DNA of 64,000 nt from an uncultured Methylomirabilota bacterium. GTDB lineage: Bacteria; Methylomirabilota; Methylomirabilia; CAVQYV01. Position numbers and translations under genes: made by a program. Within the stretch, counting starts at the first letter, position 1; each line of letters opens with the position of its first letter. Positions 17,635-27,911 of this stretch are shown one piece after another. The stretch covers positions 16,482 to 80,481 of the forward strand of contig CAVQYV010000003.1 in the NCBI GenBank assembly GCA_963718295.1, given 5' to 3'. The notes beneath the pieces are model-generated. The model saw only the letters and a list, made by a program, of their open reading frames with translations, was not told where the DNA came from and did no database searches.

Positions 17635-20136
17635 TCAGGGGCTGATGAACCTCCACACATTGCTGCTGTACTTCTCCTGGTCTTGTCCAGTCAGCGTAAA
17701 GATCTTGTCATGGTACCTGCCGGCAAGGGCGGTGAAGAGCTCCTGGGATCCGAAAATGGTATCCCTCCAGATGCCCGATCCATACCACTCGCCATCGGCG
17801 AGGTAGTCATTATCCTTCGCTGCACCATGGAGGCAAAAGACCTTGTTGCCATTATTGATGCCTGCGGCCCTGGCTCGGGGCTTTTTCATGTTGGATCTCG
17901 GGGTCCAGCTATTGGCAGCAATATCGTACTCCTGGGTCGACGCCTGTTCTACCCAACTGGATGAGTATCCCCCCATGACCAGGATCTTGCCGGTGGTGCC
18001 GATGGGCGCCGCAGCGGCAAAGCAGGCGGCCGTAGGCATAAGGGATAGGGAGGTCCACGTGTTGCTGCCAGGGTCATAGACATAGGGTGGATTGTTAGGT
18101 CCTCCGTAGGCCCCGCCGAAGACGTAAAGCTTGCCTCCATAGGAGACCACCCCGGGCCCGTTGAAAACGACTGGCGCATCGGCCCCACTGGTCCACGTCC
18201 GGGTGACGGTGTCGAAGATCTGAAGGGTGGCATAATACTGGCCAATATCACCTTCATAGCCGCCTACCACGTAGATCTTGCTCCCGATTGCTGCGGCTCC
18301 GGCCGCATACACCACTGTGGGCATCATCCACCGGGAGTCCATAACCGAGTAGTTCGAAGCCAGGTTGTATCTTTCCACCAAACCCGTCTGGCCCCAGTTG
18401 GTGAAGCCCCCAAAGATCCAGACATCCGTTCCCACCTGGGCCGAGGTAGCACCGTAGCGGGGCAAGAGGACATGGCCCACCAAGGCGGCAACCTTTCCAT
18501 GGGCAAAGTAGGCGCCCCTGGAAGTGCCGGAGGCGGTGCTAACCTGCAGCCTACCCTCCCCCTGGGGAAGGCCTGAGGGAAGGGTAACTACGATCTTCGT
18601 GTCACTCCAGCTTGTAATAGAGCCGCTTGAGAGCGCCACGGTCTTGAACTTGACGGTGCCGGTGGAGCCAAAATTGATCCCCTCGATCGTAATCGTCTCG
18701 CCCACCCAGGCCTTGTTGGGCATAACGGAGAAGATCGCCGGATCGCCCAGGATGCCACTGGAGAGGGAACGGCTGAGATTGAGACGTCCCTCGGTGAGAT
18801 TTTTGCCTTGGAAAGCCCCCGCTATGCCGTCCTCGGCCCCATTCAGGATGAGAGCCTTGACCTTCCTCCAGCCATATGCAGGCTGCTTGCTCCAGATGAC
18901 GGCCGCAGCCCCGCTCACATGGGCACAGGCCATGGAGGACCCGCTTTTGATGCCGTAGGCGTTGCTGGGAAGCGTGCTGGAGATATCGGTCCCTGGGGCA
19001 TGGAAATCTACCGTGGAAGAACCGTATCCGTCAGAGTGGGGCTGGTCGTTTCGATCCGAGCGGCCGACGCTGATGATATTGGACAGATCGAAGCATGCGG
19101 GGTATACCGGATACAAATCCTGGTCGCAATCATACCTGGAGGCGGAGGCTACCATCAGGACTCCTTTATCCTTTGCGGCGGCGAAGGCGTCTTCGAGGGA
19201 TTGCGGGAAATAGGGGGTCTCCCAGCTGGTGTTCATGACCATCCGGTAGCCCTCACGCTGTTGGATCGCCAGGGCATAGTTGATGCAACCGATCGCCTGT
19301 GAGACGTAGGCAAAGTTCTCATAGGACGAGAACTTCAGGGCCATGATCTTGCCGGTCCAGGCCACTCCTGAAATCCCCTTGCCATTATTGCCCTTGGCAG
19401 CGATGATGCCCGCCAGATGAGTGCCATGCCCATTTTCATCCATGGGATCGACGTCGTTGTAATATCTATCGATTCCATAGATGTCATCCACAAACCCATT
19501 GCCATCATCGTCGATGCCGTTTCCCGCAATCTCGTCCGGGTTTTTCCACATGTTGACTGCCAGATCCTCATGGTTGTAATCCACCCCGGTATCGATCAGC
19601 GCCACCACAACTCCTGCCCCCCCCTTTTGGATATTCCAGGCAGCAGGGGCGTCGATGTCCGCATCGTTGGTTCCCCCGGATTGCCCCGTGTTTTCAAGGC
19701 CCCATTGTTCGTTGAACTTGGGATCGTTGGGGACTGCGTCTATCGTAATCTGGTAGTTGGGCTCCGCATAGTCCACGGTCCCACTTCGATAAAGGGCTTC
19801 GATGTACTTTCCCACCGGGAGTCGGGAAGGAATCTGGACCCGCAGCACTCCGATCCAGGGATAGACTTCCTTCACATGGCCCCCTATTCCGCTCAGGGCG
19901 AGCTGAGCCTCTGCCGACAGGGACCCCATCACCTCCCGGTCTGCCGAGGGACCCAGGCCCGGATGAGTCTTGATCCCTTTGAACTTGACCAGGATCTCCT
20001 CCGGGGCGAACCGGACCTCCGCCGCGGGGGTACCCAGGCCTTTGAGGGGAGCCGCCTCGACCCCTTGTAATCCGATGAGGAAAGAAATCCCTCCGACTAT
20101 CAACGCCCAAATCAATGAGAATATCTTGGCCAGCAT
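17635..20136 (-). CDS. Secreted subtilisin-like serine peptidase (S8) with C-terminal IPT/TIG and Kelch-like repeat domains
   Basis: 833 aa with a signal peptide. The catalytic triad is in VVALIDTGVDYNH, HGTHLAGIIAA and GSSMACAHVSGAAA. The C-terminus has repeated GG..Y.FGG Kelch-like blades. Confidence 0.9.
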   Translation of the reverse strand: MLAKIFSLIWALIVGGISFLIGLQGVEAAPLKGLGTPAAEVRFAPEEILVKFKGIKTHPGLGPSADREVMGSLSAEAQLALSGIGGHVKEVYPWIGVLRVQIPSRLPVGKYIEALYRSGTVDYAEPNYQITIDAVPNDPKFNEQWGLENTGQSGGTNDADIDAPAAWNIQKGGAGVVVALIDTGVDYNHEDLAVNMWKNPDEIAGNGIDDDGNGFVDDIYGIDRYYNDVDPMDENGHGTHLAGIIAAKGNNGKGISGVAWTGKIMALKFSSYENFAYVSQAIGCINYALAIQQREGYRMVMNTSWETPYFPQSLEDAFAAAKDKGVLMVASASRYDCDQDLYPVYPACFDLSNIISVGRSDRNDQPHSDGYGSSTVDFHAPGTDISSTLPSNAYGIKSGSSMACAHVSGAAAVIWSKQPAYGWRKVKALILNGAEDGIAGAFQGKNLTEGRLNLSRSLSSGILGDPAIFSVMPNKAWVGETITIEGINFGSTGTVKFKTVALSSGSITSWSDTKIVVTLPSGLPQGEGRLQVSTASGTSRGAYFAHGKVAALVGHVLLPRYGATSAQVGTDVWIFGGFTNWGQTGLVERYNLASNYSVMDSRWMMPTVVYAAGAAAIGSKIYVVGGYEGDIGQYYATLQIFDTVTRTWTSGADAPVVFNGPGVVSYGGKLYVFGGAYGGPNNPPYVYDPGSNTWTSLSLMPTAACFAAAAPIGTTGKILVMGGYSSSWVEQASTQEYDIAANSWTPRSNMKKPRARAAGINNGNKVFCLHGAAKDNDYLADGEWYGSGIWRDTIFGSQELFTALAGRYHDKIFTLTGQDQEKYSSNVWRFISP

Positions 20137-20254
20137 CGCTGCCTCCTTTCCTGATCCTTCAAGCCGGATAGGGAGTCACAAAGGCACAAGCTTCTCTCAC
20201 GCATCACCCAGCCCCGTTTTCCGCCGAAAGTCTCGATCCTTCCTCCTTCCAGGC

Positions 20255-21862
20255 TTAGATGCCTTTTCCAGTTGTCCCGCGGTCCCAGGTATCGGCCGTT
20301 ATGCCTTGTTTGCGCAACTCCGCCTTCTGGGTCCGCTGGGTGGCAGTCTTGGGCAATTGATCCATGATCCGCACATAACGGGGGACCATGAAATAGGCCA
20401 TCCGCTCACGGCAAAAGGCGATCAGCTCCTCGGGAGCGAGGGTCCGCCCCGGCTTGAGCATCAAGCAGATCATGATCTCGTCCTCGCCGAGCTCGGACTT
20501 CACGGCTACCGCCGCGGACTCCAGGACCGCCTCGTGGGAGTTGATCACCTTCTCCACTTCGTAGGAGGAGATGTTTTCTCCCCGGCGCCTCAGGGCGTCC
20601 TTTTTCCGATCGACAAAATAGAAGAATCCGTCTTCGTCAGAGCGCGCATAGTCTCCGGTGTGAAACCAGAGGTTCTGCCATGCCTCGACGGTCTTTTCCG
20701 GCATCTTGTAGTATTCCAGCTTCATGCAATAAGGATTCAGAGGCCGCACCAGGATCTCCCCCACGCTATTGGGTCCAACCTCCAGACCGTTGTCGTCCAC
20801 GAGTTTGACGGCATAGTGTGGAAAGGGCTTGCCGCAGCTACCCGGCCTTCTTTCCCGGAAATTGCTCAGCAAGGGCATCCCGATCTCCACCATGCCATAC
20901 CCCTCTATCAGGGTGAGGCCAAAACGTTTCTCGAATGCCTCAAAGAGGTCCTTGGGTGCCGCAGCTCCAAACATCTTCTGCAATGGATTGTCCGCGTCAT
21001 CGGCTTTCGGATCCGCCTTGTAGAGGATGGGAACGATGCTGCCGATATAGTTGAACTCCGTGCACCCGTAATGTCTGACATCGTCCCAGAACTTGCTGGC
21101 AGAGAACCGCTCCGCCAGCACCGTACGAGCCCCGCTCATCAGCGCCGGCATGAAGGAGAGCACCTGGGCGTTCCCATGAAAGAGCGGCAGGGCATTGTAG
21201 AGGCAGTCCTGCTCATCATAGGCGACGGATTGCATAACCGACTCCCCCATGAACAGGGCATAATTCTGAGGCATCAGCGCGCCTTTGGAGGGGCCGGTGG
21301 TCCCGGAGGTAAAGAGGATCCCGAAGGGGTCGGACCAGAGCACATCACAGGGCTCATACCGACCATCGTTGTCGATCACTTGCGCCCAGTCCACCGCGGG
21401 CCGGTCCAGCTTCGGCATCCCCTCTCCTGACGGATCGAAAATGACCAGGTTTTTGACCTTGGGGGTTTGATTCAAGATGGGCTCGACCTGCCCCAGGTAT
21501 TGTCTGTCCATTACCAGCAAGCTCGTGTCGGAGAAATCCAGGAAGTAGATGAGGAGGTCTCCCTTGTGGGCGGTATTGATGGGGACCTCGACGGCCCCGA
21601 GCTTCGACAAGCCAAACCACAAGAAGAGGAACTCCGGGCAGTTATTCATCATGATTGCGACTTTGTCGCCCTTCTTGACCCCGAGCCTCTGCAAGCCACA
21701 GGCAACCCGGTTCACGGCCTGCTCGAAGTCCTGGTACCCAAACGTCTCATCCTTGAAGTATAGAAAAGTGCGGTTGCCATGTTTGGCGACTTGCTGTTCG
21801 AGGATCTTATGGATCACCCGCTCGCGGGTTGGATCATCAGGCATTGCAGACCTCCTTTCCAT
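20255..21862 (-). CDS. AMP-dependent synthetase/ligase (acyl-CoA synthetase family)
   Basis: 535 aa with the AMP-binding motif FTSGTTGPSKG and the adenylate-forming enzyme core pattern. It is the last gene of the carboxylase operon. Confidence 0.9.
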   Translation of the reverse strand: MERRSAMPDDPTRERVIHKILEQQVAKHGNRTFLYFKDETFGYQDFEQAVNRVACGLQRLGVKKGDKVAIMMNNCPEFLFLWFGLSKLGAVEVPINTAHKGDLLIYFLDFSDTSLLVMDRQYLGQVEPILNQTPKVKNLVIFDPSGEGMPKLDRPAVDWAQVIDNDGRYEPCDVLWSDPFGILFTSGTTGPSKGALMPQNYALFMGESVMQSVAYDEQDCLYNALPLFHGNAQVLSFMPALMSGARTVLAERFSASKFWDDVRHYGCTEFNYIGSIVPILYKADPKADDADNPLQKMFGAAAPKDLFEAFEKRFGLTLIEGYGMVEIGMPLLSNFRERRPGSCGKPFPHYAVKLVDDNGLEVGPNSVGEILVRPLNPYCMKLEYYKMPEKTVEAWQNLWFHTGDYARSDEDGFFYFVDRKKDALRRRGENISSYEVEKVINSHEAVLESAAVAVKSELGEDEIMICLMLKPGRTLAPEELIAFCRERMAYFMVPRYVRIMDQLPKTATQRTQKAELRKQGITADTWDRGTTGKGI

Positions 21863-21918
21863 AGCCGTCTCATGCCATCAGGTGCCCATTATGAAGGGTC
21901 GTGCTGGGGCTGTATCAC

Positions 21919-23094
21919 TCACCTTAGGTCTTGAAGATATGTACGGCAACGGCTCCCGACTCCAAGCCGGCAACATAGCCCCCCACCACATGGGTCAAGG
22001 CGACTTTGGCTCCCGCCACCTGACGCTGACCGGCCAGGCCCCTCAATTGCCAGAGCGTTTCCACGATCTGCGCCACTCCCGTAGCAGACAGGGGGTGACC
22101 TTTGCTCAACAAACCGCCACTCGGATTGACCGGAATTCTCCCACCGCAGCACGGTGGCACCCGATTCGACCAGCTTTCCCCCCTCCCCTTTCTCGCACAG
22201 ACCCAGGTCTTCATAATGCATCAGCTCACAGATGGTAAAGGGGTCATGAAGCTCAATGCAATCCAGATCCTGGGGTCCGCAGCCCGCCATTTCATAGGCC
22301 TGGCCTGCCGCCCCGTGGCTCATATCGGAAAAGGTCGCGTCCTTCCAGCGATGCAGATAGTCCCCCGATCTCAACACGGAAGCCGCGACGATCAAGGGTT
22401 TGGTCGTATACCTGTTCGCTATCTGGCTCGCGCACAAAACCACCGCTGCCGCACCATCGGTATTCGGGCAGCATTGCAGCAGGGTCAAAGGCTCGCAGAT
22501 CATTCTGGAATTCAGGATCTCCTCGGCAGTCAGTTCTTTCCGGTACTGAGAGTATGGGTTCAGGGCCCCGTGGCGATGATTCTTGACCGATACCTCGGCC
22601 GCCTGCTTCAGCGTCGTCCCGTATTCATGCATGTGCCTCTTCATCATCATGGCAAAGAATATGGGCATTGCAAGGCCCAACTGCCCATCCAGATCATCCG
22701 GAGGGGGCTCGATCAGCTTGCCCGCGATGGGACTGGTGGTCATCGACTCCACCCCCAGGGCAATCGCGACATCACATAGGCCAGTGGCGATTCGGAGCCA
22801 GCTTTCCCGGAAGGCCGTCGCTCCACCGGCACAGGCGTTCTCCACGTTCACAATCTCTATGCCGGTGATCCCCACCTCTTGGAGCACCCGCTGACCCATG
22901 CAGTATCCGCCGAAGACGGTGGCGCAGGATGCGAATTCCACATCCCTGGGTCGGATTCCGGCGTCCTCGATGGCCGCGAACACGGCCTCTCTCCCCAGGT
23001 CTTCGCACGATCGGTGAGGGAGTTTGCCGAAAACGGTGCTTCCACCCCCAATGACTGCCACGTCTCTCATGGGATCCCAAGCCATCTCTTTCAT
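21919..23094 (-). CDS. SCP-x-type thiolase-domain protein with an apparent frameshift near 22130
   Basis: The N-terminal part (MRDVAVIGGGSTVFGKLP...ENACAGGATAF...) is in the frame of ORF 21919..23094. The conserved C-terminus GGRIPVNPSGGLLSKGHPLSATG...ALTHVVGG lies in ORF 21924..22214 in a different frame. Confidence 0.8.
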   Translation of the reverse strand: MKEMAWDPMRDVAVIGGGSTVFGKLPHRSCEDLGREAVFAAIEDAGIRPRDVEFASCATVFGGYCMGQRVLQEVGITGIEIVNVENACAGGATAFRESWLRIATGLCDVAIALGVESMTTSPIAGKLIEPPPDDLDGQLGLAMPIFFAMMMKRHMHEYGTTLKQAAEVSVKNHRHGALNPYSQYRKELTAEEILNSRMICEPLTLLQCCPNTDGAAAVVLCASQIANRYTTKPLIVAASVLRSGDYLHRWKDATFSDMSHGAAGQAYEMAGCGPQDLDCIELHDPFTICELMHYEDLGLCEKGEGGKLVESGATVLRWENSGQSEWRFVEQRSPPVCYGSGADRGNALAIEGPGRSASGGGSQSRLDPCGGGLCCRLGVGSRCRTYLQDLR

Positions 23095-23130
23095 TCAATA
23101 CTACGAGCAATACACGTACTATCCGGACGT

Positions 23131-23538
23131 TCAGCTAAGGGGCCGGTATCGATAACCCACCACCCTCTTGTTTCCCTCCTGCCAGAGCTCATCGATCACC
23201 AGCTCCATCTCCATTCCAATCTGAAGCTCTTGCCCTTCGGTCTTTTTGAGGGGAGAAAAGATCCTGATGCCCTCCATCAGATCGATCCAGCCAACGATGT
23301 AAGGTGGCAAAAAGTGAGTCGATGGCATATGGGAGGTAGTAAAAGAATAGAGTTTACCTCTGTTGCCAAGCTTGATGGCCTCCATCATGCGGCTGGAGCA
23401 ATGAAAGCAGAATGGTCGGGGAGGGAAGAAGACCTGTCCGCAATCTTCACATCGGTTCCCCATCAAATAAGCCTGATTGGCCTCCTCCACGAATAGGCCT
23501 TCCCTGATCGGGATGTCTTCCTTCGGATTTCCTTCCAT
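23131..23538 (-). CDS. DUF35 Zn-ribbon/OB-fold protein (thiolase partner subunit)
   Basis: 135 aa with CEDCGQVFFPPRPFCFHCSS, a rubredoxin-like Zn ribbon, followed by an OB fold. This is the typical neighbour of SCP-x thiolases. Confidence 0.8.
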   Translation of the reverse strand: MEGNPKEDIPIREGLFVEEANQAYLMGNRCEDCGQVFFPPRPFCFHCSSRMMEAIKLGNRGKLYSFTTSHMPSTHFLPPYIVGWIDLMEGIRIFSPLKKTEGQELQIGMEMELVIDELWQEGNKRVVGYRYRPLS

Positions 23539-23588
23539 TTGCCTCCTGAAACCTCGTCAGCGACCCGCCTGAGAAAAGCCTTGGTGGC

Positions 23589-25667
23589 TTACTCGTTCTC
23601 TCCCGGCCAGGGCCCATAGTAGGTGAACGATTTATAATGCGTGATCGGCCACTCTCCGTAAAACTGCAGCGCCTCTGGACTGGGTTTTTGCTTCAGCCAC
23701 TCCTCTTCGAATTCCGCATACTTCTTCCCTCGCTTCTTCCGGTCCGCCCTCTCCTGTTCGCGCAATGCCTTGGTTTTTTCCTCGTCCGCTACCAGCATTT
23801 CCCGATCGTAGGCTACTCGGTAAATATCTCTGGCTGCCCGATGGGAAATGATCCCGCTCTCCACATCCTTCATCACCAGCTGGGGATCCCTCTCGATCGG
23901 GTCCCCATAGCCACCTCCGCCCCCGTGGCCTCCCACGACGATATCCCATCCCATGGTGGGCATGGGAGGTGAGGGATATATCCCGGGTTGATAGGCTCCC
24001 TCGATGGCCTTCTCCTCGAAAGTCATTCGGTTTGAGCTGGGCACCCTGGGGTCGGATTTGGCCATGAGTTCCTTCAGGTTCGTGTTCGAAATGCGGGTGA
24101 AGGGGAGGGCGGGAATGCTATAGCCTCCGTAGAGCCCTTGCGTCACCGGGACTTTGGACGCATAGCCCCAGGAACCCAGGAACATCATGGGCACGTCATG
24201 CACCGCTATCGCCCACTCCATACCCGCTCCACCCCTGCACTTGCCGTTGCCGGGGCTATCCCGATGAAAGCCTCGATACAGATAAAGCAACGGAAGCTCG
24301 GCCTCCAGGTTTTCAACCTCCCCCGGCTCAGAGGTCATGGGCGCAAAATAGGCCCCTGCTACATCGACCCCATCCTTATCGCCTCGTGCTCCAAACCCGC
24401 AGGCATTGAGCTCGGCGCCCGCGTCGGCGAAGGGAGCTCCGTACTGATTCAGTCCGCCGTATATGATGGTAGAAAAGGTTCGGGCGCCGGTGCATTCGGC
24501 AATCTCGGGGTTGGTAGAGAATGTTGCCTTCTGGAGAAGCTGCTGTACGGTTTGGGCGGTCGTTTCCATGGAATTGGGAGAACCGGCTTTCGGGGATTCA
24601 CGCCCCGCATTGACGATACTGCCCACCGGAAACTTGAATCGGATCGGCTCCAGCACCCCGGCATTATGGGGCAAATCATGGAACAGATGCCCCAACCAAT
24701 AGACCATGTTGATGCCAATCGCCCCCAAGGAATGGCAGTTGGCCACCCGATCCACCACTTCCGGAGAAGTGCCGTCGAAATTGAAATACAGATAATCCTC
24801 TTTCTTCTCCAGGGTGATCGCCACCTTCAGCAGGCGCGACACGGGTCCTACATGATCCAGGAATTGAATGTGCCGGAATCTTCCGTCGTTCCATTGCCCG
24901 ATTCGCTTCCGGGCTCCTTCTCCGGTGACCTGAATCATATACCGGAGGACCCCCTTCAAATGCTCCGGTGAGGATTTCTCCAGGACGGAATGGAGCCTTC
25001 TCTCCACGACTCGCAGGGCGGCCATCCGAGCCTTGATGTCCAGAGTCATGGCCCGGGGGTCCCGGGTCATGTGGTTGAGTACATTGAGGACATCCTGCTT
25101 CAGCAGGTAGTTTTCAGCGATTTTTACCGGCGCGACCTGTAAGCCCTCGTCATAGATGCTTCGGGAAGTGCTGGGCATGCCACCCGGCTCGCAGGCACCG
25201 CATTCGCCGCTATGAACCAGGGCCCCGAGCCAGCAGACCAACTTGTCTTGGTAAAAAACAGGGGTAAATATGCCCATATCGGGGGCATGCACCCCCAGGT
25301 AAAACGGGTCGTTGCAGAAGAATGCGTCACCCGGTTTCACGCCGACGCTGGGCTCATCCAGCCAATGTCTCACGATGTACTTCACCCCGGTTGAGCCCAG
25401 GACTGCATGAAAATACAAGCCGGTTGCGCACACTGCGTTATCGCCCGAGGTTGTGTATATGGCCAGAGCCGTGTCTCCCCATCGACAGCCGGTGGTGGCC
25501 CCCAGCTTGATCAGCGTCTCGTTCCCCTCACTGGCTACGGTAAATAGCTTGTTGACGAATATCCCCGTCAAGGTGGGGTCGAGGGTCTTCATCGACTCCA
25601 ATTCTTCTTTCGTTGGAGGCTCCGGATGAAACCTCGTCCTGATCTCGTAGTCAATTCCTCCTGCCAT
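23589..25667 (-). CDS. Hydantoinase B/oxoprolinase (HyuB; acetone/acetophenone carboxylase beta-like) family subunit
   Basis: 692 aa with the HyuB family pattern throughout. It begins 14 nt downstream of the HyuA stop. Confidence 0.9.
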   Translation of the reverse strand: MAGGIDYEIRTRFHPEPPTKEELESMKTLDPTLTGIFVNKLFTVASEGNETLIKLGATTGCRWGDTALAIYTTSGDNAVCATGLYFHAVLGSTGVKYIVRHWLDEPSVGVKPGDAFFCNDPFYLGVHAPDMGIFTPVFYQDKLVCWLGALVHSGECGACEPGGMPSTSRSIYDEGLQVAPVKIAENYLLKQDVLNVLNHMTRDPRAMTLDIKARMAALRVVERRLHSVLEKSSPEHLKGVLRYMIQVTGEGARKRIGQWNDGRFRHIQFLDHVGPVSRLLKVAITLEKKEDYLYFNFDGTSPEVVDRVANCHSLGAIGINMVYWLGHLFHDLPHNAGVLEPIRFKFPVGSIVNAGRESPKAGSPNSMETTAQTVQQLLQKATFSTNPEIAECTGARTFSTIIYGGLNQYGAPFADAGAELNACGFGARGDKDGVDVAGAYFAPMTSEPGEVENLEAELPLLYLYRGFHRDSPGNGKCRGGAGMEWAIAVHDVPMMFLGSWGYASKVPVTQGLYGGYSIPALPFTRISNTNLKELMAKSDPRVPSSNRMTFEEKAIEGAYQPGIYPSPPMPTMGWDIVVGGHGGGGGYGDPIERDPQLVMKDVESGIISHRAARDIYRVAYDREMLVADEEKTKALREQERADRKKRGKKYAEFEEEWLKQKPSPEALQFYGEWPITHYKSFTYYGPWPGENE

Positions 25668-25683
25668 GGCTCGCCTCCTTTCC

Positions 25684-27819
25684 TCACTTTTTGTGAGTCA
25701 ATATCCCATTCCCGTAAGAGTCCATTTTGAATGTCCATTCTGGCTCTATGACGACTGTCGTCGCCTCGGCCTCGATGACGGAGGGTCCCTGAATCAAATT
25801 GCCCGGCTTCAGGTTTTCCCAGGCGTAAATGTTGGTTTTGGAAAAGCCACTGAGAGCCTCCCAGTAGCAATCTCGTTCCCCCTTCATGGCTTTCTGGTCC
25901 GGGGCTTCACCCGCCATCTCCTCACGCCTCACGACAAAGTGCGGCAGCTCCAACTCCACAAACAACCGGAAGGCTTCCAGCTCGATCCCTGCCTCGGGAA
26001 AGGAAGCCTCTGCCCCGTACATGTGTTTGAACTCTTCGGTGAAATGATCGCAGATCTTCACCACATCCTCTTTCCGCTCCACGAAGAGCACCGGAGATTC
26101 GATGTGTGTATACCGCCACTGCATGCCATATCGCATCTCCAGCTCCAGCCGGAAGCGGGCCTGATCCTCGGAAAAGCCTTCCAGTCTGATCTCCCGCAAT
26201 GCCAATTCCTTCAGATCGCGCACGATGGAGTTGAATTTTTCGAAATCGCTGAAGTAAGCGGAGGTGGCGTAATCGAAGAGACGCATGTGATAGGATCTCT
26301 CGTACTTGTGTACGACGTTCAGGCTGGAGGCCCCGAATGCGCCGAAGACCGGAGCAACCGGAGGTATGTAACAGGTTTTCATATCAGCGGCGGCGGCCAC
26401 ACCGCAGCAATGCGTCGGCCCGGCGCCGCCGCAGGCGAAGATCACGAACTCCGTCGGCTCATAGCCCTTGTAAGCCACCTCCTTGAAGATTTCCTGTCCC
26501 ATCCTGGCGTCCACCACCTTCTTGATCATCAGGGCGGCCTTCACTTCGTCCCAACCTGCCTGCTCCCCTATCTTCTTGATCGCCTTCGCGGCTTTTTCCT
26601 TGCTCAAGGCCATCTTGCCGCCGAGGTAATAGTCCGGGTTGATGTAACCCAACACCACATCGGCATCCGTTACGGTTGGCTCCTCTCCTCCCATTTCATA
26701 GCATACAGGACCGGGTATGGCACCCGCGCTTTTGGGCCCCACCTCCAACCGGTTGCCTAACAGCGGATTGAGCCAGGCGATGGAGCCACCTCCCGCGCCA
26801 ATGGAAGAGGTCTGGATGGCCGTGGCCTGGGTTCGCCAGCGGTCGATGGCGGGGTAAAGGTCATAGAAGCGGAGGGCACCCTCCGCGATGACTCCGATAT
26901 CGAAGCTGGTTCCCCCCACATCGGTGTAAACGATGTTGGGCAAATTGAATTGCCTGCCCACGGAGGATGCGCCGCATAGGCCCGCCACCGGGCTGGAATT
27001 GTGGGTGCTGACGGCTATGGTCCGGGAGGCTTTGGTGCATCCACCCAAGTTGTCAACCAGAAGGATGGGTCTTTGGTAGCCATTGTCGATTAAGGCGCTG
27101 CTCAAATAGGAGAGCTGATCCACAAACCCGAGGTGGATGTAAGCATTGACGATGGAGGTCATGGCCCTCACATATTCCCCCCCTTTGGGGGAGATTTCCG
27201 AGGATAGAATGACGGGCATATTCCCCAGATAGATCTCGGGGAACTCCTCCTCGATGATGGCCTTGATCTGCCTCTCATGGTCCGGATTCATGAACGACCA
27301 CAGGAGACAAACCACGAATCCCCGAACCCCGTTATCCACGAGGTACCTGACCTTTTCCAGGACATCCTCTTTCACCAGGGGCATGATGACGTTGCCGCGG
27401 TAATCGATGCGTTCCCGAATTCCTACCACCAGCTTTCGGGGAATGAGCGGAGCCGGCTTCTCGATCCGGGTGATGTTCTGGACATCCGCAGGAGGCAGCC
27501 CATCGGCCCACTGACGTCCCCTCCCGATGAAGATCGTATCTTCGAACCCGCGAGTGGTGAGGAGGCCCAGCTTGGGCCCGCTGCGCTGGATCAGCGTGTT
27601 CGTCCCTATGGTAGTACTGTATTTGATTACATCCGTCTTGCCGAGGAACTCCTCCAGAGCTTCGCCGGATTTCTGAGCGATCTCCTCCAGTCCTTTCATG
27701 AACCCGACGCGAAGGTCATAGGCGGTCGTTGGTACTTTGTTGGTTTGGTATTCGCTGTCTTTGCTCACGAAGAAATCAATAAACGTTCCGCCCACATCCA
27801 CATTCACCATATATCCCAT
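25684..27819 (-). CDS. Hydantoinase A/oxoprolinase (HyuA-like) family subunit, paralog 1
   Basis: 711 aa. MGYMVNVDVGGTFIDFF is an ASKHA ATPase N-terminus typical of HyuA/AcxB. The antisense ORF 25666..26760 is a shadow. Confidence 0.9.
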   Translation of the reverse strand: MGYMVNVDVGGTFIDFFVSKDSEYQTNKVPTTAYDLRVGFMKGLEEIAQKSGEALEEFLGKTDVIKYSTTIGTNTLIQRSGPKLGLLTTRGFEDTIFIGRGRQWADGLPPADVQNITRIEKPAPLIPRKLVVGIRERIDYRGNVIMPLVKEDVLEKVRYLVDNGVRGFVVCLLWSFMNPDHERQIKAIIEEEFPEIYLGNMPVILSSEISPKGGEYVRAMTSIVNAYIHLGFVDQLSYLSSALIDNGYQRPILLVDNLGGCTKASRTIAVSTHNSSPVAGLCGASSVGRQFNLPNIVYTDVGGTSFDIGVIAEGALRFYDLYPAIDRWRTQATAIQTSSIGAGGGSIAWLNPLLGNRLEVGPKSAGAIPGPVCYEMGGEEPTVTDADVVLGYINPDYYLGGKMALSKEKAAKAIKKIGEQAGWDEVKAALMIKKVVDARMGQEIFKEVAYKGYEPTEFVIFACGGAGPTHCCGVAAAADMKTCYIPPVAPVFGAFGASSLNVVHKYERSYHMRLFDYATSAYFSDFEKFNSIVRDLKELALREIRLEGFSEDQARFRLELEMRYGMQWRYTHIESPVLFVERKEDVVKICDHFTEEFKHMYGAEASFPEAGIELEAFRLFVELELPHFVVRREEMAGEAPDQKAMKGERDCYWEALSGFSKTNIYAWENLKPGNLIQGPSVIEAEATTVVIEPEWTFKMDSYGNGILTHKK

Positions 27820-27911
27820 TTGCTCTCCTCCTTGGACGGTCCAAGCTCATGAACCATAGACCCGATGTCTCTTGCGACCCAAAAGCTCCTTGGCCTTGGG
27901 TGATGGGTACA